DNA of 64,000 bases from Podarcis muralis (taxonomy: Eukaryota), in contig NC_135656.1 in NCBI RefSeq assembly GCF_964188315.1, positions 58,156,001 through 58,220,000 on the forward strand, written 5' to 3'. The notes below the pieces were generated by a model that was not told the DNA's origin, made no database searches, and saw nothing but the letters and a program-made list of their open reading frames with translations. The translations under genes and the position numbers were made by a program. Positions 52,272 through 64,000 of this stretch are shown here, one piece after another; the stretch's first letter is position 1, and every line of letters begins with the position of its first letter.

Positions 52272-54448
52272 TACCATTCCAGAAAGAAGATTGCTCCCCA
52301 CCTCCCCATATACATTGGTCCTTGCCTTGAAGTAAAATAAGTTTCGGACGGAGGCATTTACTAAACCAAGCCCACATTCCTTACTATGCACTATGGGGAT
52401 CTATGCAGGTTTCTTAGCCTTCTGTTAGTGCATTGTTGTCAGTGCCAGACCCCAGCCATTAATTTTCAGTTAGATTGATACGTGTATGGAGACATGACAA
52501 TTAGGCCAGGCAAACTGTCATGTCTCCAAAGATCCTCTTGGACATTGCAGGCTCTGTGGATAGGTTTCCAGTGTTTTCCAGAGGATGGCATGCCACATTT
52601 TAGACAGGTACTGTCTTGCCGTCATGGTATTGCTGCTGAAGCCTCTTTTGTAGGCAGCAGCTCTAAAGGCTGTTTACCAGATAATTCTGTAATGTATACA
52701 TTAACGGATTAATCCAATCTATACAGCTATTAATCCCCTTAGCTCTGTTTTCCTACACTGCAAAGGGCCAACCACCCACACTCTTCGTCCTAAGCAAATA
52801 CTTCTTTCAGCGCATCTGATTCAGATTTGCCACACAGTCATTGGAGCGATCCAGAAGATGAGCAGTCTATGTACCGTATCTCATAACCTGCCTGCTTAAC
52901 ATGTGCTTGGTTTGATGATACAATTAAGGGTAGTGTGAAAATAAAGACAATATGCCACACCAGGGTATTTCACTTCCATTTAATAACCCCTTTTCCCTTG
53001 CTCTCCTCCTCTCCTTGTCTATAATGAGGGATGTAATCCTCATTCCCCCCCTGAGGACCTTTAATGGCTCATGGAAAATTTGCCTTTTCTTGTCTCAGTC
53101 GTGCTGCATGGGAAGTTCCGTAAATTAGCTCTAGGGAAGACCAGCCTAATGATTGGTTGTTAAGGTGCATTTCCAAAAGGGGAATGTGTGGTGTGCTTGG
53201 TGCTACAGCTAAGGCAAGATCGCAACAGCATATCCATTTAAACAGCAGAATTCCTGCCTTACATTCTAAGGATTCCATCCTGAGATCTGCTTATTTTAAA
53301 GTTGTTTTGTGCTCAGCGTATATGCTCTTGATATATACATGGGGTGGGGAAAACAACTCGGGAGACCTGTTGACCCTTACTATGAATGTAACACAAGACA
53401 ATGCACTTAAACATTGTTATTATATACAGCTTTGGACTGTAGTGGACCTACATTTGGGGGCCCCTGAAGCTTGAACTGTTAGGGGACCCCCTTTGCAAGC
53501 AGCAATGAGGTCCGGGAAACCACTGTTATCTTCTTCAACAGGGCTGTTCCATAAGAGATTGCCACACTGAAAAAATAAATAAAAATTAACTACTATATCT
53601 CAGATTTTGATTAAAATTGTACTGGATTATCTCACATGCCAAAGTCACTGGTGTGAATAAAAAAAATATCATATGCCTTATAGTTTTCTAGTTATGGGGC
53701 GGTGATAGTTAGGTAAGTACATGCATGATGCATCATAGAATGATGAAACTGGGTCTAATTTTTTAAAGCATTGTGGACTAAAGTCGCTTCTGAGGCCCCT
53801 CCAGGATTAGGGCCCCTGAAGTTTAAGCTTCATTGGTTTCATAGTAGATCCACCTCTGGCTGTGGACTTGTAATTTCTTTTAAATTTACTTATTTATATC
53901 CCCAGCAGCATAGCACATAGATACCAAAATCTAGGGAAGGTTAGTCATATTCAAACCCCATTAAAATCAATTATTATCTTAAGCTATCCAACAAGGTGTT
54001 CCATTGGTTTCAATGAGAGTGAAGCATGAATAAGTTTCTCTGGATTTTGGCCAGAGCACACACAGCTCTAGGTACAAGCATACCGTAATCAAATCTGCAA
54101 GCACATTCGTATATATCCATGTTTGCTCTAGTTAAAGTTTAGGACATGTGGCCTTTGCAACTACAACCTGGGTTAGTCATCATAGCCTTCACCCAAAAAC
54201 CTTGGAATTTATAGCAGAGAGAACTCAAGTAATTGTAGAAGTTATATGTTCACTTTAGAAATTAAACCTTGCTTTGCGTAAACTAAGGCTTACTCAGGCT
54301 GCACACCTTTTGCCTAGGGATCTTTCCCCCCTTAATCCCAGATATCTGGGGGTTGGATGTGGTTAGGGGAAATAAAAGCACTGCAGCAATATTAGCAATT
54401 CCTTTTTTTAACCATTACTTTGCATATTTCAAGGCTGGGCCAGATAGA

Positions 54449-54618
54449 CATATTTTTCCGTGTATAAAACTAGGCTTTTTTTCCTAAAAAAATAAGGTCA
54501 ATAATTAGGGGGCATCTTATACACGGATACGTCCCCCCCCCCCATTTTCTTAAATCTGAGTCCCCCCAAAATAGGGGGCGTCTTATACATGGGGGTGTCT
54601 TATGTATGGAAAAATATG
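54449..54618. mobile_element. Degenerate Tc1/pogo-like MITE
   Basis: Inverted termini CATATTTTTCC / GGAAAAATATG with repeated internal TCTTATAC motifs. Confidence 0.55.
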
Positions 54619-56215
54619 CTAATCTTTACGGGAGAATCAAGATATGACATGTACATTGCCATGATATTTTTTTTAATGAGTTGGCGACTTATAAATTGAA
54701 TGAATGAATGAAATGTTTCCTCCCCTCTCTCTGGCTCATTACCATACCAAGAGAAAAAGTTATTCACCCAAGAAGGTACAGTGTGGCATGGCACAGGGGA
54801 ATTCTCCCATGCAATCAGAGTAGTGGCGGATAGTACCCACTGGGAGAGGGGGAGGCAGGAAGGCCAACTGGACATGACAACAGAGCCAGTCACAGGCAGC
54901 CCCAACTAATTCCAGTTTTGTCTCCATTCAACCCACTGAGGGTTCTACAAGGGCAAAACTGGAAATGAAGAAGAAGCTGGCAGTAAATGCAACCCCCTGG
55001 TTGAATTTAAGAGCACTGATTATTGTTCCTGAGTGGTTCAGTGACTCTTATGTCTTAAACCAATTATGGGGCACCGTTTGGGAATAAGGTAAGTGTCACT
55101 TCTGTGGCTGTTCTAAACCACACGCATTTGGAACATCTAGAAACAGCTTCAGTTTGTTGCTCAGTTAATGTCCATTTACCCAGTAAATGTAAAGTATTTG
55201 AAGCAAACTATTATTATAGCATTTTCTGTTTTGTCTACCTCCCTAAATGGTTTCCTTCTTCAAAGTACTGAGCTAATGTATGTGAAAGACACATGAAATG
55301 CGTGATATACTAATACGTGGTTATTAGCAGCAGGAATGGAGAGTTTCCCATCACCACCAGTCCCAGGGGCCGTGCTGGGAATAACTTTTCAGACCTCTGT
55401 CTGCTTCTGACTTTCTGACAAAGAATAGGATTTGAGGGATTTGGACATTCGCTTGAAGTAGTCAAGCGTGGACATTGATCTGTCTATATAAAATGTCATA
55501 TCATAGCATTTGGATATAGAGTTCCTTTACTTTCAAATGCTGTGTGTAGTAGTGGCCTGATTACATTTGATAACCATGTAAAAACAACCACCGTACATTT
55601 CAAAAAGCATTAATGTCATGAAAACAATTCACAAAAGCACAGTTGTTTTACACTAGTATTACTTGAATGCTGTGTACTTACTAGGATGTTAGTATCCTGA
55701 TCATAACCCATGTGTGATTTTCAAAAATGTTTGAAGTTACATCCACAGAAGGAGTTTAGGAACTGCTGGGTGCTTCTGCTGACAATTATTATTACATTTA
55801 ATATTCAATAACATTAAATATTTATATAAATATTTAATATACCTTTTAAACTTGAATACTAACAATGCATTTGATTTATTTAACTTTTAATTCCTCTCCA
55901 AGGACCTCAAGGCAGCATGCATGAATCTGGCCCCTCTTCATTTTATCTTCACAACAAGCCTGTGAGGTAGGTTAGGCTAACAGTTGGTGACCGACCCAAG
56001 GACAACCACTCACCTGCATGGCTAAATAGGGATTTGAACCCTCATCTTCCAGGTCACAGTCCAGCACTCTACCACTATACCAGACTGAATTAAAAGCATA
56101 CCTCTTTACCTGAACTTTTTCTGACTTGTAATACCAGTTCCTGGCATTTCCATCTACTGTAACTGATACTGATGTTTCTTGCTGCTTTAATGATATGGTT
56201 TTTACTGCTATATTT

Positions 56216-56219
<4 letters not shown>

Positions 56220-56271
<52 letters not shown>

Positions 56272-56325
56272 GAGAGAGTTTATGTGTGTATGTGTGTAAT
56301 ACAGTTATATTTACTGTATATACGG

Positions 56326-56369
<44 letters not shown>
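56220..56369. repeat. (CT)n(CA)n and (CA)n microsatellite cluster
   Basis: Direct reading. Confidence 0.95.
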
Positions 56370-56371
<2 letters not shown>

Positions 56372-57020
56372 TATGTATGTATGCATATAAACTGCTTTTT
56401 ACAATTCATCTTGTTCTTTAAACTCAAAACCCTTTAAGAGGTTTCCAACAAAATAGATATGTTCCCGGCAAATAAATCAGGCAGCTTCTAATTTTATATC
56501 TCCCCTAGTGAAGCCTAAGGATTGAAGGCATCTTGCGTTCTTTCATTCCAACAAGATATAAATAAACTCTATTTTGCAATAAAGGAGTTATCCCTTTGTC
56601 TGCCTCCCCTAATCCTAATGATATTTGTAGGTTTTATCATTGTGCTGTACGCCAAGCCTTATTTATTCAGGTTTCCAGTTTTGGGTGGGTGGGTGGGGAG
56701 GCCTCTGGATTCCTCTGCATCAGTAGCAGGCGGCAGGGTGGTACAGGCAGGACTGCCTTGCTCACCTGCCTTCCAAACACTGAGCATCAATGCTGTTGGT
56801 TCTTGGCAGGGAGAGAAGGAGGCGTGAGGCTCAGGGAGTTCAGCATGATATGACAGTGTCTCCCTAAGTGGGAGGTACCAGCCTCTGGGGGCAGTGGGTT
56901 ATCCTAGGGGTATTAAGAGGCAAGAGGGCAGCAGGGGAATGCTGGAGGTAAATGACTATCAGACTTTGAGAAGCTGGTATTACTGGATAAAGTTCATCCA
57001 TTTTGTTGAGTTAATTAAAC

Positions 57021-57514
57021 CAGTGGTACCTTGGTTCTCAAACACCTTGGTTCTCAAACAACTTGGAACCCAAACACTGCAAACCCGGAAGTAAGTATTC
57101 CGGTTTGCGAACTTTTTTCAGAAGCTGAAAAAGCTCCATTTTGAATGTTATGCTTCCAATTTGAGTGTTACGCTAAGGTCTTTCTTCCCCCTATTCATTT
57201 TGTGTTTTTGCAGCCCTTTTTGTTATTTGTTTTTGTGACTGTGTGGAATCCAGTTGAGTTACTGATTGATTGATTGATTGATTGATTGTGTGGCTGTAGT
57301 ACATTGTTTATTGCTTTCATTTTATGGATCAATGGTCTCGTTAGATAGTAAAATTCATGCTATATTGCTGTTTTAGGGGTTGTTTTTAAAAGTTTGGAAT
57401 GGATTAATCCATTTTGCATTACTTTCTTTTGGAAAGTGTGCCTTGATTTTGTAATGCTTTGGTTTTGGAACAGACTTCCAAAATGGGTTAAGTTTGAGAA
57501 CCAAGGTGTCGCTG
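57021..57514. mobile_element. Tigger-like non-autonomous DNA transposon
   Basis: CAGTGGTACCTTGGTTCTCAAAC ... GTTTGAGAACCAAGGTGTCGCTG-TA imperfect TIRs; contains an (ATTG)n tract. Confidence 0.7.
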
Positions 57515-58538
57515 TAGTTTTAATTGGATTTTGAGAATGTGTGCAATTAATTGTTACTGTTTTTAATGTGATTGTGTTATCATTTTCCTTAGTGGGTTGC
57601 ACAAACTGTTTTTAAAATTAAGCTTTTTCAGGGGCACTGGGGATGAGTTTATGAATCCAAGGAAGAGAGTGCCCCCTCCCGTAAATTTGGGAACCACTGG
57701 TGTAGGGAAATTCTTCCTTCCATGGGCCACTTGAAAATTGCTGAGGGTCTCTCCAGACCACTTAATGCCATTTCTGCCTGTGGTAGCAATTGTGCTAGAT
57801 ACATTGTTATTTTTAATTGCATTTGTATTGCTTCTTTTATTTCATATATACAGTATTGCATTTTATTGAATCATAGTTTGAATTCAATTTAACTCTAATT
57901 GTAATACAATGAAATACAATAAATAATAGGAGAAATAAAATTATTATTAAAATCAATATGCATACAGGTGACGACCATTTTGCTCAGGGGTTCCATTCCC
58001 CCCCCCCACATCAGTACAGCGGGTATAAGCTCCACCTGCCCCATTACTGCCTGCCCTGCCCCCATTCCACCCTGTTCCATCCCCTGTTCCACCCCGTTCC
58101 ACCTTCTTCTTCCACCTTCTTCTGGGTCCGAAAGGACCTGCGCGTAAGCAATTGCACATCAATTGGATGAGCCTAAAATGGTTGCCACCTGCCATCTCAC
58201 CTGTCTTCAGCCACAAATCCACAGATGCACCACGGACACTCTGAATGATGCTTGTGGATCAATGGTGCTTCATGGATCAAATTGGGAATCCCTGGTGTAC
58301 AGGACTTAGTTGAACCTTATTTCTTTTGAGCACTTTATGAAAACTAGACAGTTTGGATATGAATGGTGATTCCTGACTAAACAAAAGAAGTTTATGGCAT
58401 CTTTATCCTATTAGTCTGTTTTTGATTTCTCCACATTTCATTACCCTCAGGAGCATAACATCATTTTTGCAGAAATGGGCCTTTACCTATTCCTCTTTAA
58501 AATAAACAGCCTTTTTGGAAAGGAGATAGACATTTAAG

Positions 58539-58683
58539 GGCAGACATAAACTGACTCTGCACGCTGATGATGTGGTAATCTCAGCTGTAGATCCAGTATT
58601 GTCTTGTAGAGAAACAATGGATACAATTAAAAAGTTCTGCCAAATATCTGAGCATGAACTGAATGAGATCCCCCTCCTATGAT
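58539..58683 (+). pseudogene. Degenerate L1-clade reverse transcriptase fragment
   Basis: Frame reads GRHKLTLHADDVVISAVDPVLSCRETMDTIKKFCQISEHELN, resembling the L1 ORF2 region around the YADD motif; stops on both sides. Confidence 0.6.
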
Positions 58684-58901
58684 TATGTCCTTAATTTGGA
58701 AAATGAAACTTGAGTACAAATTATGATGTCATTTGTGTGAAGTCCCATGGGGAAAAAGAACGAGACAAGTAAAATATATGAGAATATATTTTAATCAAGC
58801 AACATTCAGGATTTTTTAAAAGCAGGGGAAGTCCATGGCCTTTCAGATGTTGCTGGATTCAAACTCCCACCAGTCCCAGCCAGCATGAACAATGGTCAGG
58901 G

Positions 58902-58995
58902 ATGATTGGAAGTATAATTCCAAAACCTGTTCCTCACCCTTCCTCTATATGATTGGAAGTATAATTCCAAAACCTGTTCCTCACCCTTCCTCTAT
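58902..58995. repeat. Perfect 47-bp tandem duplication
   Basis: ATGATTGGAAGTATAATTCCAAAACCTGTTCCTCACCCTTCCTCTAT repeated twice. Confidence 0.95.
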
Positions 58996-59184
58996 AGATA
59001 TCTATATATTTTAAAACAGATGTATGGCAGAGGACTGATTAGATATTTGTGGATTTACCTCCCCAAAACGACATTCTATTTACTATTCCAATTCCCAGGA
59101 GATATAATGGGGGAAAAGTTTTGCCTGGTATCTTTGCTGTTGCAGGAGTTAAGTAAATCACAAATCCTTTTCAAAAGTGATATA

Positions 59185-59411
59185 TAGTGCTACCTCGGTT
59201 TACAAACTTAATCCGTTCCCGAAGTCCGTTCTTAAACCGAAACCATTCTTAAACCGAGGCATGCTTTCCCCAATGAGGCCTCCCTTCCACCATTCGGATT
59301 CCATTCTTAGATCGAGGTAAATTTACAAACTGGGATGCTATTTCCAGTTTTGCGGAGTTCGTAAACCGAATCGTTCTTAAACAGGACTGTTCTTAAACTG
59401 AGGTACCACTG
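59185..59411. mobile_element. Tc1/mariner-type MITE, related subfamily
   Basis: TAGTGCTACCTCGGTTT...AAACTGAGGTACCACTG flanked by TA; shares GTCCGTTCTTAA internal motifs with the family. Confidence 0.8.
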
Positions 59412-60535
59412 TACAGATGGATGCAATAGAAAATTATAGACCATGCATGTTGCGTATATATAATCTGGAGGAGATGGACTAGATATTTCAATTTTTCTTG
59501 ACATTCCTTCTATATTCTTAGGGTTGTAGGCATGGCTAATTCCCATTTGTACACACTGCCTATTCCATGGTTTCGGAATTATTTGGGTCTCCCTTCAAGA
59601 TATGCACACAGTTCATTCCGTGTTGCAGTTTTTGGCAGTGAGCTGGCGAATGTCAGACACAGAATTCCTGAAAGAAAATACCAATTTCTGGTGAAGAGTT
59701 ACAATTGCCAAAAATATTCAAGGTGTGTTAGCATAATTACATATTGTATACCTCAGGATTAGGGAGTGCATTAAAATGTTTGCTTTTAAAGACTCAGGTT
59801 TACTCCACTTCATACTTACGTAAACATAGGAACATGGGATTTTTTTAAAAAACCAAAAGCCGGATAAGACCGCTGGTCCATCAAGTCTAATATCCTGCCT
59901 TCTCTGGCAGAGACCCAGGTCTTGATGCTTTAGAGGAAAGTCTCCTGTTCATAATGTACCAAAGAACCGTAAAGGAAAAGGCACATGCCTGATTTGTATG
60001 CCTATGTACATATAGTTATCATTTGCATGGCTGAATGTATTTTATCAACCAATTATTCTTTGTTTAGTTTTGCCCTTAGCAGCTTGTTTAGCCTTGCGGT
60101 TTTTTTCCGCCAAATTTAGAACCCAGTGCCAATCCACAGCATCTTCAGTGAACATGGCATTTTAAGAAAATTGCTGTGCTTATAGATGAAATGAAATGGC
60201 TAAGTCCAGTATCTCAACCATGGTAGCTAGATCCATGATGGGATCTCCATAGAATTGGAAGGGATCTCAAAGGTAATCTAGTTTAACTACTGGGCAATGT
60301 AGGCAACGTACTATATCAATACATTCCTGATAAGGATACAATTGATTTATGCAATGATATTGGGTTTAAGCTGTCAAATCAGTTTAGTTTATTTGTATTT
60401 ATTACAATGTTGCATGGACTGTTTTTTTGGAATTTATTTACATATTGATATTACAGTTATTTCCAGTTATTTCTAATATGTTTTTTTAATTGTTGTACTT
60501 ATTGTTCTTTTGTTTTCAGCCATTTTGGGCACAAT

Positions 60536-60760
60536 NNNNNNNNNNNNNNNNNNNNNNNNNNNNNNNNNNNNNNNNNNNNNNNNNNNNNNNNNNNNNNNNN
60601 NNNNNNNNNNNNNNNNNNNNNNNNNNNNNNNNNNNNNNNNNNNNNNNNNNNNNNNNNNNNNNNNNNNNNNNNNNNNNNNNNNNNNNNNNNNNNNNNNNNN
60701 NNNNNNNNNNNNNNNNNNNNNNNNNNNNNNNNNNNNNNNNNNNNNNNNNNNNNNNNNNNN
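60536..60760. other. Assembly gap (225 N)
   Basis: Run of N. Confidence 1.
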
Positions 60761-60789
60761 AGTATATCTATATCTATATAAGCAGATGA

Positions 60790-61080
60790 TGGTGAGGTGG
60801 CTATCCAGTCTCTTGAAAACCCCTAGCGAAGGAGTGTCCACCACCCTCCCAGGGTTGTGTTGAATATCTTGTTCCATCTTAATGTTTATTCTAAGTCATT
60901 TTACTTCCAACTTGAACCCAGTGGTTCAGGTCCTACCCTTTAGAGCAATGCCACCCCAAATGTTATTCATGTGATGCTATTTCAAATATTTGAATATGGC
61001 CACCCTCCACATAGTCACATAATTATCTCTTCTCCAGACTAAACACAGCCAACTCATCCAACCTTTCCTCATATAGAACT
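60790..61080 (-). mobile_element. CR1 LINE ORF2 C-terminal fragment
   Basis: Minus-strand peptides YEERLDELAVFSLEKR and GRVVDTPSLGVFKRLDSHL match the CR1 ORF2 end motifs. Confidence 0.8.
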
Positions 61081-63440
61081 AAATTATTTAATTGCATTTG
61101 TATTCTGCTTTCTTCCGTCAGGGAAGCCAAGGAGGCATACATGTGTGGGTCCCATGTGGTCACCCATCCAGATGCTGGCCAGACCCAGACTTGCTTAGCT
61201 TTAGCCAAAGGGTGGGTTAATGTGCCTTCAATATCCTGCAGCGTCAGCTCCAATGTTCTCACCATGCAGAGGCAGTTTACACTGGGACAGTGGGGATAAA
61301 CAACATATTATGGCTGTTGCCTTCATGATAAACAAAAAGAGAGGTGAAGCTGTGATTGGAGCCTGAAAGACAATTTATTGATTTAAATAATATCCTTTCA
61401 ATGGATATATATCAATATGTGCTATAAAAATGAATAAATACAAAATGAAATCAGTGTGAAAACACTTGGTGGTATCCAACAAAGCCATCCCATCAATGCA
61501 GGGGCTTCCGCTTGTGGAACAGGACGTCCTTTCACTGTGTGCCTCCTGAGCCTCCCCCAGATCTGCTCAGTAGGGGAGCTCTCAGAACAGAAGTTCTTGT
61601 GCTACTGCAGAGATGGGGAATCTCCAGCCTTGGGGGCCAGATGTGGCCCTCCAGCCCTCTTTATATGGCCTTTGGAACTCCTCTGAAACCACACCACACC
61701 CGCATTCCTCAGGCAAGCCACTCCCCTCCCTCACTCTGCTTCACATCCTGAGTGTTTTTGCCAGGCTGGAGCCTGTCCTTGAACTCCAGTGCCTCCTGGT
61801 GGTCTGGATGAAGCATAGCGATGGGCATGTGAGTGTCTGTAGAAGCTAGCCTTCTGTACAAAAGTCAATTTCACACTTGCTGCTTCACTCACTTTTGCCT
61901 CTGGACCTGCCCAACCATGGAAAGTTGCCCAGAAGGCTCTTTGGCTGTAAAAGCTTCCTTACATCTGTGCTAATGGGGCATCTTTGCTGGGTACAAACCA
62001 CTAATGAGATTCTGCAAAATGATAGCACCCATTAAATCAGAGTACAAACTGGAACCAATATTAAACCATCTATGTAAGAGATACGTTCTTTGACCTAGAT
62101 AGCTTCATCTTTTTCAGCTCACGTATTGAGGTTTATGTGATGATATTACTTAGGGCATTTAAAAGTTGGTTTTGAAATCTGGGCTTTAAAGAATTAGCTG
62201 CTTTCATTTAATGGGAAGACTTGGAAATCCCGCTTGGATCTTTCTTTTCCGAGTGCCGCTAACTTTTCGTAACTAGCCCATTGTTGTCTGTATTAAGAAT
62301 GCAGTGGACTTGATGACGCTACTTAATCCTGGAGACGGCTGTCCACAATTGCCCTATATGCTTTCCAGCAAGGCTGTTTCACAGATGCTTATTTCACAAA
62401 TTTGGTATGTTTCTTGCTTAACATATTTTTCAAAAAAAGGGATTGTTCTTGTGGTATTGATAAAGCATGTCTGTTTCTTGTTTTGTCAATTTTATAAATT
62501 CTTTTTTGGTGTGCTATCCAGGTTTATCATAGAATAACATTGTTCTTAGGTTGATTTCCACTCTGCATTATTGATATACTAACACACCACTGAGGAAGAT
62601 GTGTTAAAAAGCTTTGCTAAAATTCTTTTGCAGGCCCCAGTTGGATGTTTATCTACCATTGGCTTCTTTAAGCATTTCTGATGCTGCAGTTATTATCCCT
62701 CCCTGCACTTCTCCCTGCTTGGGAGTTAGCCATCGTTGGAAAACAGGTTGCCACACTCGATGGACCTTTGCTCCTGATCCACCCGGGCTTTTCTGGTGTG
62801 CTTACCCAGAATGGCTTGCTTGTGTAGTACATCTTCACTATGCTCCCCCCCGAAAAAGGATCCTTTTTATTGTTTTGAATGCAAAAACATCAGTAAACAG
62901 TTACAAAATTAAGGGCAACTTCATTGTACAACTAGCAATGCCAGGTCTCTTACGTTTCTACTGTGCAGGAGAATCATGACAAGGGAATGCAAGAGATGCA
63001 AGTTGGTAAACAAAGTAAGTCCCCTTATCATACAGAGTCTCTCCATAAGCCCACATGAGAGTCCAGTGGTTTCACTCTCTCGACCGACCTATTAATGAGC
63101 GTCATAAAAAGAAACCAGACAGTCTCAAATGCATCTGGCTTAGATTGTCCCTTGGCCAACCTGATGCTACTCTTCACTCAACTTGAACAAAAGTCGTTCC
63201 TGAGAGGTGAGTACATGGTAAAGGACACCCAGAAAACTCGGGAGGGAATGTTGCTATTTACCACTGCTTTGCCTCATAAGTCAGACTCAAGGGCATCTTG
63301 GGAGCTGCCATCATCTTGTTTCTGAGTCACCATATCCCCTACCAGTGACTGCCAGGAAATCTACTGGGGGCATAGAGGCTCTTGGTGTTAAGATTATGGT
63401 TCTTATGCAGTACCGGATTTATGTATAGGTTAAGTAGGCT

Positions 63441-63780
63441 GAAGACTAGGGTCTCTAAATCTAGGGGGCCTTGCCAGCCCTCCCGCTCCCCAGTGGGCAG
63501 TCTCCCTTCTCCCAACATTGCAAACCCAAGACTTCATGTGAGGGCAGGGCAACTCGGGCCTCTAAGACTAGGGGGCCTCACTAGCCTGCCCTCTCCCCAG
63601 TGCCGCAGTCTCCTCTCTCCCAAAATTGCAAACCCAAGACTTCATGCAAGGGCAGCGCAACTCGGGCCTCTAAGATTAGGGGACCTCACAAGTCTGCCCT
63701 CTCCCCAGTACTGTAGTCTCCCCTCACCCAACACTGTAAACCCAAGACTTCATGCAAGGGCAGGGCAACTCAGGCCCAGC
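63441..63780. repeat. 108-bp minisatellite, about 3 copies
   Basis: AAACCCAAGACTTCATG recurs at 63522, 63630 and 63738 (period 108). Confidence 0.9.
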
Positions 63781-64000
63781 AACTATGAGACTCAGGGCTG
63801 GCCAGTGGGGCCCAATTTGAAGCAGTGGGGCGCAACTTGAATTTTTTTTTGTAGTGCCCCAGTTCACAGCCAAAGTCTGCAAAATCTTATAGATATAAAT
63901 AAAATTCATCTAGATTGCCCTGGTGCAGGGGCCCCCTTAGGAGCAGCCCAGAGGGCCCAATTTGGCCCAATTGCTCTAATTGCCTTAAGGTGAGCCCTGA

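Noticed and set aside
63095-63325. Short plus-strand ORF with a strong GAG|GTGAGT donor
   Set aside because: No recognisable protein, no matching downstream exon and no promoter signal in the window.
63441-63780. Regularly spaced repeats resembling a CRISPR array
   Set aside because: Eukaryotic context; whole units are homologous, with no unique spacers.

Overview
Eukaryotic genomic DNA from a squamate reptile (Sauria SINEs with lacertid-like sequence, two assembly gaps). The window holds the complete Pitx1 (paired-like homeodomain, K50/bicoid class) gene on the minus strand. The canonical coding exons are 17797-17632, 12384-12179 and 3428-2895, joined by GT-AG introns and giving a 301-aa protein with homeodomain and OAR motif. 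The main unexplained structure is upstream. About 24 kb above the canonical first exon is a 54-nt exon-like unit (41522-41469) with strong splice sites and a strong-Kozak ATG. It encodes MELGLPKSIPPYVDL plus 1 nt, the same 46-nt phase-1 layout as the PITX2a/b start exon, and it splices in frame to the homeobox exon. About 3 kb further up is a CpG-island promoter (TATA, CCAAT, CRE) with a consensus donor. Together these suggest a second, Pitx2a-like Pitx1 transcription unit that is not part of the standard three-exon mammalian PITX1 model. Other notable items: a Penelope-like insertion carrying a minimal hammerhead ribozyme, a CpG-retention domain of about 44 kb that ends just past the distal promoter, a posterior-HOX-like motif cluster, Z-DNA-prone tracts, and many SINE, MITE and LINE fragments. 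All splicing and regulatory calls are sequence-based predictions; no searches were run. Repeat boundaries are approximate unless TIRs or TSDs are cited.
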